Shown piece by piece: positions 50,209-62,792 of a DNA stretch of 64,000 nt. Each line of letters starts with the position of its first letter. Position 1 is the stretch's first letter. The notes under the pieces are model-generated. The model had not been told where the DNA came from, ran no database searches, and saw only the letters and a program-made list of their open reading frames with translations. The stretch lies in the NCBI GenBank assembly GCA_032718475.1, contig JAUCBJ010008617.1, positions 16,932 through 80,931 on the forward strand, given 5' to 3'. Position numbers and translations under genes: made by a program. The DNA is from Nemertoderma westbladi. Lineage: Eukaryota; Animalia; Xenacoelomorpha.

Positions 50209-52742
50209 GGGCTGTTGCGCTGTCACTCAGAGAGGTAAGGATTTACCCATGGGGCACTAACTATCAGATAGTCTGATACCAACTGTCAGACAGTCTTTTT
50301 CAACTATCAGCTAGATGATCGCCCAGTTACTGAGTAACAAGTTGCCCGATAGTTGTATTTTTTAAACCCCGAGTGTTGTTGACGGAGTCTGTCTGTCTGT
50401 TACTTCCGAAATCGTTAATCGTGGTGCCGGTGCCGGAATTATGGCTTTGATTAAAAACACTGAACTGCTGAACGATGGCGGAATCTACGAAACCCGGCCA
50501 GATTCCTAATCCGAGGAGGCGACGGAGTCATAAACGTAAACAATAAACAATGAAACGATCGCGATGGACAATGGAGTCTATTCAATGTATCCAGAACGAT
50601 ATGATGGCGACGAAGTCTATTACAGTATTAAACACGCTACCAAAGCGATCAGACGATGGCGAAGTAATCTACAAAACAGAGAACGACAGGAAGGCGATGG
50701 AGTTTATTAAGCCCTGTAAGATGGTGCATAGCGAAGCGATCGAGACGGATAACGGTGTATATTACAGTATTAAACCTGGAACAAAGACGGTGGAATCTAT
50801 AGGCCTAAACCTGGAACAATACGAACAAGGCTACTCTAAAGTTAGACTATACAGGTTTGTGAGATTAACTTGCCAATACTACTAACTCAATACAATTTGC
50901 TTTCTTCGAATTCCTAATAATATATGTTAATCTTAATAATAATTATTCAACATCACTTACTTTATAAGTCTTGTAAATTATAAGATTGTTAAAGACTAAA
51001 GAGCTAACTTTAGGATAATCTGCCTTATATTTTTAGAATTAAAGAGCTAACTTTAGGATAATCTGCCTTATATTTTTAGAATTATTATAATTAATTTTGT
51101 TATGTTTATAATGAATTGTATCTTTTGACAGACTACTTGATGCGCGACCGTGATAATAAAATTAAATGGTGCCGAAATATTTTCACTTAACTGCAGGTTT
51201 AGGGGGGGGGGGGGGGGGGCGCAATCAATATTCTTCCCTCTCCAGTTGAAAATCGACGCAAAAGCAGCTTATTTACTATTAAAAATAAAATTGCATCCTG
51301 TTCTATAGGAAAAAACATTATAGGGGAAATTTTTAGCAAGTTGTGTTTATTTTAGCCGATAGACAAGATTACATGTTTACCAAGTTTGGTATAATTTAGT
51401 CAACGATTGAATGAGTTACGATTTTAAATTATCAGTGGAGGGTGAAGGCGGCGGGCCAGGATTCAGTTATACTTGAATAAAGAATAGTGATTAAACCAAG
51501 GGATACGCGATATATGACACTGCTGTATAAGTTCATTGAATGACTGTTGATTTCGAAACATTTAATTCAATACTATATAAATGTTAATAGAATTTTGGAT
51601 TTTTTTTTTGGAATAATTAACAGATGAATTATATTTCATTAATTTATTTTGTTATCTAATCACATTATTAAATAACGAAGCACAGAAATAATACTAAGAT
51701 TGAATATTGAATTGAACAGTTGAAGGTACAGTACCGAATTGATTGAATATTTGAGATTGCATAAGATACAGAGATAGAGTATTGAATATCTTCGGCCGTC
51801 ATCCCGTTGGTGACTCCATTGGCAACCATTTCGACAGTTTCGATTGGTTTCGGCTTTTCAGTCCCCGAATAGACCGATGGTCGGCGTGGTTGCTGTCCCC
51901 ATGACTGAGGACTGAGGCTACATTACCTACCAAAATTGCCATCTCCAGGCGCTGGAGCAGAAACTGGTGTGACCGCGGTTCGTGGGTGGCACTGTGGAGA
52001 CGAGCCCCGATCTCCCGGAGGAAGGTGGATGTCTCTAGACCGGGGCGGCCAAAGGTCTCAAAGGCCCCGGGGTGAAAAGAGTTTTTAATGCTCTCCGCCC
52101 CCTCAGCTGAGTGCCCCCCGGCAATGATGGTCTGTTGAAGGTGGCTGGGGGCCAGTGGATCTAGTAATAATTATCGCAAAGATATGATTAGGTAGGCCTA
52201 CGTGATATTACTGTATTAATTTCTCAAACCAAACCTCCATTGACGTCCAAATATAGGCCTATCCAATTTCTCAATCCATACTAATGTAATACTGTAATAA
52301 TGTACACTGTGATGCAATAATGTCAATGTCTGACCAAACAATGCGTGGAGTGTTATCGGACCAGCCTCCGAGAAATGTTGGGCTAACGCCAGAACGCCAG
52401 AACGCCGCTAACGGCACCTCGCTCTGTCGCAACAGTTTTTGTAGTGGTCTAGTTCCAGGCTACGGTACCAGAATCTGTTAGTGGATGATATAGAATCAGC
52501 ACATCCTGACATCTGTGCAACTCCTGAACTCAGGCGAGCATTTTACAGATGGTGGTCTAATTTATATGGTCTTGTACCGCGAAACCATACATTATTTACA
52601 GATGTAGGCTAAATTTCGGGTCTTGTACCGTGCACAGTACTGGTGGGCCTACACAGCTACTGCTATTTTGCCTAATACAGATCCCAGAGGTAAATCCTTA
52701 CCCCACCGGCTGTTACCTCTCTGACTGACAGCGCAACAGCCC
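50209..52742. mobile_element. Unclassified non-autonomous TIR DNA element inserted in BEL gag
   Basis: 30-bp TIR gggctgttgcgctgtca(c/g)tcagagaggtaa plus a second inverted motif ggtaaggatttacc. No clean TSD and no transposase. Confidence 0.75.
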
Positions 52743-55700
52743 TCTCTCTATTTTCCGGGTTAACATGGGTGTTACAATATAATGGCTCATTGGCGGGGGG
52801 GTAATTATCTGGAGATAATTCATTTTGTAGCCATTCGCCACTATGGGCTCCCAAACTGCAAGTTGGGTTAGGGTCTGCATTACTACTAGGTCGCACTGTA
52901 TGTTGATCTTGAGTGAGTGGCGGTGTCGACAGGGGCACCATCGGCTGGTTACAATACGTTCTACCAGAGGTGTTTCGACCACCCCACCTACCGCTGGTTT
53001 GTGTATTCATAGGGTTAGGTGCAATTCCCAACCCAGGTTCCCCTCGTTCTCCTCTACTATACATTTTTTGCATGTTCTGCCCATAATGCTTATCTGGTTC
53101 TGCATGCGTGTATTCCATCGCATGTGGGTTCAATTGTGATATCAATGCTTCAGTAGGATATTCCCTTCCATCAAGAATTGTCTGATTCACATTTTGAGAA
53201 ATTACCGGCCTACACGTACTGTATGCTTTAGGGTGTTCAGTTCTATGTACTGTTGTTTGTGCAATGGTGGCGTAGTGTGCAGCTTTTCCACCGGACGTCA
53301 CCACTGACTTTGACACCTCCAATTGTCCTGTAGCGGTCCGTCTAGGCTCCAAAACTTCTAAAAAATTTGGCCTTTTTTCCAACGAAACTGGAAAACGGTG
53401 TCCACGTTCTACTCGTAACAATAGTTCATTTATCTTATTATCGTCTTTTGTTTCATTATTTGATGTAATTATATTATTATTTTCATAAACTGATTTCTGT
53501 AAGGCTCTCATAACGTTTTCTTCAGAGTCCACTGGTATTCCAAACGCCATCTGTCTCAACCACTCACTTTGCACCCCAGTATGGTGACTTTCTAAACTAT
53601 TTTGCACCCTTAAGGGGGGGGGTACACCCCCCTATGGACCTTTTTTTGCAAATGGCTATAATTTCTGCTTGTGTGTAATTTTGTATATTTTATACCATTC
53701 GGGGGATTAACATATGGCCAAAGATTGGGTTAAAAAAAAAAATTTCAAATTTGCGTAGCCCTCTAGCGGCCACCAGCGAAATTGTTAATTTCACCAAAAA
53801 CACTACTAGTCTCACAATTTTGGGCGAAAATTTTCGAAACTTGGTTTTTCTGAATCAGCATCCTCGGCTCCACAAAACTTATCGGTTACATTTTTTATTT
53901 AGGTCTTAAATATTTTTTAAATATTATTAACTAATATTAATTATTACTTAATAGATATTAACTAATTTCAAGAAATTAATATGGCACAATTCAAAATTCT
54001 AACCGATAACTTTTGATCAAAACCCGAAAAGAAATCAAACAAAAAAAAATTTCGAAAATTGGTTAAGAAATGGCTGAGTAGTAGTATTTTGAATGTGAAA
54101 AATACAATTCCGAGATAAACGCATTTAAAGTTTAAGAACAATATATTTCAAATGTTCCCGCTATTTTCAGTACTGGTATCTCCTTTTCTTTTGCCATTGG
54201 TTATCCCCTATCCATATTTTGTGATTTCTCAGTGGATTTCATGAAATTTGGTTCAAAAAAACCCCTACCCACTTTTAACAACCTGTTAAAATAACTTTAG
54301 AGTGCTTGCCAAAAAACACTTCGCGCAGCACGTGAACAAATTTCATTTTGGCATATTGATTTGATCGCATACTATTTCGTCATTTAGTAATAAATAGTCA
54401 TGGAATAATGAGACAACCTTAAGAAACATTCAAAATTATATAAAAATTTCCACATAATTTTATAATAAGCCTTTACACAGAACATTAAGCTTTGCGCAGC
54501 ACGTGAAACCTTCGCGCAGCACGTGAGACATTTGCGCAGCAGGTGAAGGTTTCACGTAGCAATTAAATTCTTTATAAAGCACGTTAATTAATCGAGCACC
54601 TCGGAAAGCTTTTTGATCAGAATGAGAAGCCTTCACGCGGCACATGAAAAGTTCATGCTGCACATGAAGACTTCGCGCAGCACGTGAATTATTCTCAGAG
54701 CCTGCGGAATTAAAAAAAAAAGTTTACGGTTGTTTCCCAGAATAATTATTACTAGCTATTGTTATATGATGGTTCACATTTGTTATTACTAGTAGACAAC
54801 TAGTCCATTAGACAACTGTTCAATATGTAATACAAAACTCACAAATATCTATTATATATATATTAATCAAAATTTGACGGACATGTTGACAGACAGACAG
54901 ACATACAAACAGACAGACAGACAAACTGAGAGACAGACTGAGATACAGACATAGTGATTAGATAATTCCAAATATTAAAACAGACATCGACATTAAGAAA
55001 AATCCTAACATAAAACATTTCAGATTGCTTATTTTATGCCCTTTTTAATATTTCGATGGACAGACAGACAGACATACAGACGGAAAACCAGCCATTACTC
55101 GAGAAGTAAAAGAGATCTCGCTAAGCCGTTTCCAGATTTGAAATCCGCATTAAATTCTACTCTAGATGAAATAAAAAAACAAAAAATGAAAATTTTGACC
55201 TGAGGGGGGGTGTAACCCCCCCTTAAGTGTTTCCCTACATTCAAACCTCTCACTTCATTTATTTTAATAGTATTTGTATCATTAGGATTAGGCCGTACCA
55301 AACCATCCCTTTCGACTAGTTGTTTCTCTACCGTTGTTTCACTACGCTTACTTGCCGCATTATTTTGTTTCACTTCCGCCTCTTGCACTGAGACAGCCTT
55401 AGTAGCACGACTCACTCGCGACACCTCACTATTCTGGGTTGATACTGATCTCACAGCAAGCCTTATTGCTACCAACCTAAGGGCCTCTCGTTGCCTCTTT
55501 GCAAATTCCATTTCCCGTTGGCCCTCCTCCTTAGCACGATCTATTTCTCGATCCTCTCTCACTCGCCTCCTATTTAATTCTTCTCTCTCACGCTTCTCTT
55601 TCAATTCACATGCTTCTCTCTCCTCTTCCCTCACTCTTATTTCCTCAGCTCTCTCGGCCTCTAAATCCGCTAATAAACATTGGGCATTTATTAAATCAAG

Positions 55701-56636
55701 ATTGTGCTGTAATAAAGATGTATTACAGGACCCTTCAGGATCAGACTGATGGTTCGAAATGCTATCCTCCGGTAAAATCGGAGGCATAACTGTGTCATTG
55801 TGTTGGTTATGTACACCATACCAACTGTGTTCTGGTGCCACGGGGTTACCTACAGTAGAACTGCCAACCCGGACATTGCTTGTCAAAATACCCTTACTGT
55901 ACGCTTGTACCATCTTATCGCTTATTTTCTCCTCAACTAGTTGAGCCTGTTCGTTATGACCGAACGCCTCCAAAATTTCATAATATTTATTAACAATGGC
56001 CATGGCGTCCATCAGATTTAACTCCGTATTCGCCCTACTCACCCAATCCTTTATATCAGCCCGAACGCGTCTATAATTTCTTGCTGCCCGCTCCACTGCC
56101 GAAGGGTCCATATATGGTAATTCATGTGTACCCATAGCCGTGGTTGAACGTGTTGTCCTTTGCGTGGTTACTTTGTCCTTTATTCTCGAGTAAGTTTGTG
56201 GCGCCTGGGTACCGACCTCACTGTCTGTCTCCTTAGTTATCCCGTCCAACACACCTACTTCTTTGAGAATTGGGATTTTGGCAGGTCCCACACCAGCTCT
56301 CGTTACTGTCGTTTTTTGGGATAATGGTTCCCAACCAAAAGTTGTTTTCGGCCGCAAGGTGTCTCCACACGAATGGGCTCGAACAAATCGCGGTCCAATG
56401 TCAACGTCATCCAAATTTAAACTCCTCGCTCGGTGCCGTACCCCCAGACTCGATCTCGTCCCAGTTCCAGATTTTCGTGCCACGAACTGACTATGGATCC
56501 GTCCAGCTTCAGACGATCGCGTATGATACAAACTTCGTGCATGATAAACCACTGCACCCCTTTCCAGCTCAATAACACTGGCGGTACCAGTGCCTTTATC
56601 AGACATTACAGTTAGAATTGATGACTCAACTTTCAC
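52743..56636 (-). pseudogene. BEL/Pao gag N-terminal region (charged coiled coil, low-complexity linker), split by a TTAA element
   Basis: ORFs 55095-56636 and 52672-53607 join in frame (GKHLR|VQNSLE) after removing 53614-55226. Confidence 0.8.
53614..55222. mobile_element. Kolobok-like non-autonomous DNA element
   Basis: TTAA TSD (53610-53613, 55223-55226); termini ggggggggtacaccccc / gggggtgtaacccccc; internal gcgcagcacgtga repeats and (GACA)n tracts. Confidence 0.75.
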
Positions 56637-56669
56637 ACAACTTCCGCTCTTAGCGACGTTTCCTACTTT

Positions 56670-57173
56670 TGTTGCATCGTTTTCTTAGCAGCTTAGTAGT
56701 GGAACGTTCATCCATTACACACGCGGTTTGTAAAGAATGTCGAATAACAGATGACCTTTATATTTAAACGTATATATATTGTTTCAACCGTGCGAACAAA
56801 CGGTATAGAAAGTTCAAACCATACAAACCGTTAGGAAACGATGCGTACTTCACACTACTCTACGATGCTACGACAACTAAATTGGGGAAAATATATATAT
56901 TATGCACATACAGTAAAGCAGGTAAATATCGAACGATAAAGCTTCAGAAAGTTACTATTGGGTGGGAGATCAAACCCCAGAAAGCTACTATTGGATAGAA
57001 CTACCTGCTCTAATTGTCACGCCATACTATAATTCTTACAGACTATATTAGTTCATATGTAGGATTGGCAATTCTAAATGTCAACCCAAGTCAACGGCAC
57101 GACAGTCATTTTGCTATAATGAAATAGAGGGATTTCTATGAACTAAGGATAGACTCCCGATAATCCCGCAATA
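56670..57173 (-). repeat. 5' LTR of the BEL element (504 bp)
   Basis: Matches the split 3' LTR; terminal inverted repeat tgttgc/gcaata; TATA-like tract at about 56890-56902. Confidence 0.92.
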
Positions 57174-57289
57174 GAAATAATAAAATAATTAGCGAGATTA
57201 AACATCCACAGTTCTTTACTATCAAGATTGATTCTGATATCAGTTACACGTATCAGGTACACGTTACTTACAGGTGTTAGTAAATCTGT

Positions 57290-58700
57290 AAAACCAATAA
57301 TTAAATCAGTAACTTATTACGCTGGCTGTTTATTATGTAGTAAACAATCCCATAGACTCTCACAGTGTCCAGATTTCATTAAAATGTCTTTGGAAGAACG
57401 GAGAGAAACTATCGCTTCCCTAAATGTGTGTTTCCTGTGCTTGTGCCCAGGACATAAAAGAAGTAAATGTTATTTACGGGATACCTACAATTGTGTCAAG
57501 TGTAATGGAAATCACCACTACCTATTGCATCAAAAGGATATAGACCCCCACATGGAAATAAAGGTTCAATTTACCGATTATTCACCATACGATACATCGG
57601 CTATAGTAGTTCTGAACAGGAATTCGATACGGATGAGTTCTCCATGGACGAGGAAAGTTGCAATAATGTAGTGGTCTGTAAAGCCATCACGTATGAGCTA
57701 CCATTACACCCAGAACAGCATATAGACCGTCATATATCATTAAAAACCTCTGACCCAAAATCGCTTGGTGTTAGAGAATTCCCCGTTTCGCAAGTTCGAC
57801 TACACTATAACAACCGTAGGGTCATCGTAAACGCCCTGATGGATACAGGAAGCAGAGAAGGATTGCAGAGGAGTTATTTAGCAAGGCAGATGGACATCCA
57901 ATGAAATTAAATCTATCTGGTGTAATGCAAACCTGGCAGTAATTTATTTATCTGACCCCGGTGATATAAATGAAATATGTAAATTGAATAACATAAAGTG
58001 GTTGCGATTAAGAACTTTACAGATAGTCAAGCACCTGTGTATAATTGGGACAACGATGACTTTGTGAAACGTAACAAGACAACCAATAATTATGTAAACA
58101 ATTATTTCATAATCAATCAGACTTACCCAATGTTGAACTAGGTCTATCCCCATTAATAGCCCGCGCCATGAACCATTATAGCTCATGGGATAAGTTATGT
58201 AGGGCTATAATCATTCTGAAACAATTATTCCACTATAGATATAGTACTAATAATATACCTGTAGTAGGTCTGTCACCCACTGAAGTTGATAAATCTAAAT
58301 TACAACTGTTACGACTTTCGCAGAAACTTGAGAGACCTGAGAAATATAATCAACTCAGCGTCGATCCTTTGACTCCATTGTCGGATAAATTCTCAATGAT
58401 TAATGAATTAATTCGTGTTGGAGGTCGTCTTACTAACGCTCCTATTTCTAGAGACACTATGTTCCCAATATTAATATTCGATCCCGAGATCCAAACTAAG
58501 TTGATACAGGACGTTCATAACAGATTATATCACGCCGGGAGAGAACACATATTGAGTGAGATAAGGACGCGCTACTATTTAGTCAACCCTCGTGCGGCTC
58601 TGAACCAAATATTGCGGAATTGTATACCTTGCAAGAGGATTTATAGCAAACCAATGACGCAGTCAGAAGCGGCACCCCCCAAAGAAAAGAGTTGACTACT
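57290..58700 (+). pseudogene. Second BEL/Pao element, deleted remnant (gag zinc knuckles, protease motif, integrase HHCC)
   Basis: CLLC..HRLSQC..CFLCLCPGHKRSKC..CVKCNGNHHYLLH; ALMDTGS; RVGGRL..HNRLYHAG..CIPCKR. Confidence 0.85.
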
Positions 58701-60640
58701 ATCACCCCCACTTTAAACCAAAGGTACACTATTTCAATCGACCAACCGGCCGCCTTTGCTTATTAGAACTGGCAAGGGAAAGTTCTGGTAACAACGGGCA
58801 ACAAAGGGTTAGGCCAAGTCGTCTGACCTACAATCTAGAGTAACGTCTTGTAGAAGGTTACGATTGAGTAACGTAATTATTTGTTAGCCATTTAATTTAG
58901 CATAGGTATTAGTATTAGACTACAAGTGCACTGTAGCAACAAAACCTACTTATGTTAATTGTACGTTGTATATCTTGATCACATATGCAACAATTTAAAT
59001 TAACGACAAATTATTTGATTTAAAATTTAAATAATTTAAAATTAGTGACTAATTGCTCATGACAATACTCAATCGTGGAAGTGGATTTGTGTGACGTTAC
59101 ATAAAAATATGCGAAAAATTTTCAAATATTCTGTATTTAATAGAAATTATTAATAATAATCAAAATTAGAACAACCAAATTAAATATTACCATAAATAAT
59201 CAAATAACTATTACAGTAGTTACTAGTGTGAAATAAGTGTAAAGTACCGTTGGTAGTTGCGAACTCGCTATTCCGTTCCCACATCAATCGTGGTTAGCGA
59301 ACCTCAACCGGGAACATCTACTGGTGGACCAACCATACGAACTATCACACCCCCTCCTGACTCATTGGAACTTCATCCTTCCGCCGCTGAAGGGCTACGA
59401 GTGCAAGGTTCTCCGCCTCCGGTGCCTGGTAATGGCTCTCCACCACCGAAACGTCGCAAGCGACCCCCAAAGAAGCAAAGGACCCGGAAATAAACGTTAC
59501 TTTTTTCTGGTTACCTTTTATTACGGCTATTTTACTTTATATGACTCAAATTCCTACTTTATATTACACTGAAAATAAGTATGTGGTATCCTCAATAATT
59601 CATTTAGCTTATTTGTTCACGAGCTGAGACATTTTATATATATTAGATATACTCTTTTGCACTAGAAAGCCAGCAAGCTGGCTTTAAACGAACCTGCCCA
59701 TCAAACCATTACCCTGAGTGCGCGAAATGGAAAACACGAAAATTGCTATCAACTCAACGATAGAAACACCAGCTGCTGGTACTCATGTGGGCCTAGTAAG
59801 CTACTACAGTACTATTTATTGTATGGATAGCCCAAACTGCAGACAAGTATATTACAGTACAGGCCACCAGAAAAAGCAGATTTCATCAAATGTGATCACA
59901 TGTGAACACATTTGTTCAAGTCATCTAATTGGCAGGTCACTACTACATTATTTCAATGGCGAGTTATCTTCTAGATCACACAGCAGGAGGCTGACTTGCT
60001 GGGACCGACAAAAGCTTTGTGTGCGGTGCGCCTGTATGTCTGATATCAGGTGGATGAGAGAGCCCTCAGGGCGTAACATTGCGGACATGGGCTGTATTGG
60101 CAGAGAGAGAACTACATACAAGACCACATGGAGATTCATGGAGTGGATGGGTATATGGATGGAGGAGCCAAGACCATTGAATAATTAATTTAGTGCAGGG
60201 AGATGTCGCGCCATTAGTCTGACACCGAGAGGGCACAGAGAAAGACCAGAACATGCCTTAACATCACTAACTATAGGCCTACTAGACACTATTAACCGCA
60301 CTCTATAAAGGTAAACAAAATCCTTATCGCATTTCCAGCTGCAGTGAGTGACAGTTCGCGGCAAACTACAGAGTGTTTCCAGATTACTAGGCGTTTCAAA
60401 AGTATTCAAATGTATCCTATGGCGAAAAAATTTTGGTTCTTGCCAATTCAAATATGTTCAATTGTCCCGTTCAACAACATTACATTACACTGGTACACAT
60501 TTGATCAAATGTGTTCACATTTGAACAAATCTGCGTTTTCTGGTAGCCTGTACTGTACTTGCCAAATTTATTACTATCTCACTCTCACCCAGACAGTAAT
60601 CAAACATCAACTGTAAGTTTGTATAATGTATTACCCACCT

Positions 60641-60920
60641 GGGGCTCCACCTTGGTGTAGTGATTTCATTGAATTCACATCTCCCGTAGGTCGTGGGTTC
60701 GATCCTCACATGGGCCAGTGCAGTTTTCGTATCGGCACGAATGCTTTAAAGGGACCAGCCAGGGCGCATCTCTGCCTTGCATCCTTAAGTGGTAGCTAAA
60801 TGAGTACTGGAGTTTCCTCTGGGGAGTAAAGTTCTGGTGGGACCGCACTGGAAATAAGTCGTCAGACTTTGTGCGTAATCCCTGGCCTATCGGCCGAAGA
60901 AACTTTACTTTACTTTTTCT
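60641..60920 (+). mobile_element. tRNA-derived SINE, copy 3 (most complete 5' end)
   Basis: ggggctccaccttggtgtagtg...ggttcgatcc...(TTTAC)n; imperfect TSD tacccacc/taccccacc. Confidence 0.9.
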
Positions 60921-61914
60921 ACCCCACCAGATGAATAACTCTTCTCAGTGAATCCTATGGGAATATCATTGTAAGCACTGGGCCGTTCAAATGTTTTATA
61001 GGTTGATGATAATGAGTGATGAGGTACCCAACTACACTACGTTTGTCTATATGGACGGTCTCCTTACAGCCAGCTGGCTGGCTTTTCTAGTTGAATCATA
61101 TTATTTATTCTGCAACCAATAATTTACTCTTTTAGACGAATTTGTGCGTTTTTTGCCGGACTAACAAATTTTGGCGACGTTCTGTGCGAGATTGGCGATA
61201 TTTGAAAAGATTCTGAGGCTCAAATATGTTGCTCAAATGACAGAATAACCCAAATAAAAAAGTTGGTGTATACTCGACGAGTTGAAATCGGTGAAATTCT
61301 ACATTAAATTTTCAAAACCGCTATTTTTCAGTGACCCCGTGATCGAAACGCGACAAAAAATATAGTCTTGTGCGCAACCAAAATTTATGTAGAGTTTGTT
61401 ATTAAAATTTTTGCGTACCTGCTTGAGTTTTTGAGATATTGGATGGTTATACATATAAATATGCACACACACACACATAACCACATCGTGTTTTTGAACG
61501 GCTCAACTCTTGACAAGAACTACCCTGGCCTATTAATATGCAGGTTCGTTACTATAATTTTACTTATCTAGAAGTAATTGGTACCCAATAATTCATTTAG
61601 TTTAATTTTTTCACAAGCTGAGATATTTTATATGCTTGATATATTTTGTACGTAATTTGAGTTTGCTATTATTGATTGATATATTTTACATGCCAGACAT
61701 CTTTCTGTGTAGGCCTATAATTTGAGCTTGTCCCTTTGTTTTTGACACTGTGCTAGCTAAATGAATGGAAGCGGTGTTAATGAAAATGTGTTCTTTACGA
61801 TTTTAGCTTATTTATTTTGCTCAATTTAAGTTCAAGATTCCATTTTTATTGATAAGGTTAATTGCGTCATAAAATTCTATTTTTATTATTGTATTATTAT
61901 CTATATTACAATTA

Positions 61915-62792
61915 CACCATGTCCCGTAATATAGTGTTATTTTCTGATGACACGGACCACCCCCCCCCCCCCCAGATTTTTTTACAAATACTTATCATAT
62001 TGCTTGAAATTTGAAACACAACTAGTTAAACTCACCGTCGATGACCCCATGAAACCGGAATTTTCGATTTTGCCTTTAAATTTTTTTTATAAGCGTTTTA
62101 AAAAAGTATCTGTATCGTAGCCATTCTTCACATTAGTCGTTTCATATCATTAAAAAGCTTGCGTTGCAAGGATTCCAAATATGTAACAATATCTGAATTT
62201 CGTTGAGAAACAGCTGAGATATAGGCGTTCAAAGATTGCAAGAATTATCGTTCACTAGGGCCATTTATTCTATTAAATAAATACACGATGTTCTGGAATA
62301 TTTTGTTTAAGTGTGAATAGCTACTCAATAGATATATTGGATAGGAATACCGCTGTTGCCAACCAACTTATAAAATAAATAACACATTCTAGAATTTTGT
62401 GTATTTATTAAATAGAATAAATGGCCTGCAGTGAACGATAATTCTTGCAATCTTTGAACGCCCATATCTCAGCTGTTTCTCAACGAAATTCAGATATTGT
62501 TACATATTTGGAATCCTTGCAACGCAAGCTTTTTAATGATATGAAAAAAATTACGACTAATGTGAAGAATGGCTACGATACAGAGGGTGCGATTTCGCAA
62601 AAGACACATTTTTAAAACGCTTATAAAAAAATTTAAATGCAAAATCGAAAATTCCGGCTTCATGGGGGTCATCGACGGTGAGTGGAACTAGTTGTGTTTC
62701 AAATGTCAAGCAATATGATAAAGATTTGTAGAAAAATCTGGGGGGGGGGGTCCGTGTCATCTGAAAATGACACTATATTACGGGACATGGTG
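61915..62792. mobile_element. Large foldback MITE (Tc1/mariner-type), arms about 395 bp
   Basis: TA|caccatgtcccgtaatatagtg ... cactatattacgggacatggtg|TA. Inverted similarity extends to a spacer of about 65 bp near 62310-62375. Confidence 0.9.

Larger units (their letters stand above)
35798..57173 (-). mobile_element. BEL/Pao LTR retrotransposon with both LTRs and four nested insertions
   Basis: LTRs at 56670-57173 and 35798-35951+37969-38328; PPT (ctcccccccg on +) at 38329-38338; 5-bp TSD gaaac/gaaat; gag, protease, RNase H and integrase domains in BEL order. Confidence 0.92.
34016..57265 (+). pseudogene. hAT (DUF4371/ZMYM1-like) transposase remnant in three pieces: 34016-34146, 35725-35797, 57174-57265
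   Basis: RIIDIVSFLTEQNLEFRGH..NHGNFLATI|KLL..QYDTTLALH | KIISEIKHPQFFTIKIDSDISYTYQV. The pieces are colinear once the MITE and the BEL element are removed. Confidence 0.72.

Noticed and set aside
55095-56636. Host coiled-coil protein gene (513 aa)
   Set aside because: It starts directly after the BEL 5' LTR and joins downstream gag in frame. Its apparent C-terminus is read-through into the TTAA element.
59257-60188. Pro/Lys-rich ORF 59257-59493 and ORF 59718-60188 as genes
   Set aside because: No recognisable domain or exon structure. They may be decayed retroelement tails, but this cannot be supported from the sequence.
60645-60720. tRNA gene (also at about 19965 and 37571)
   Set aside because: A and B boxes are present but no convincing cloverleaf. 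All three continue into the same 200-bp body and simple-repeat tail, so they are SINE heads.
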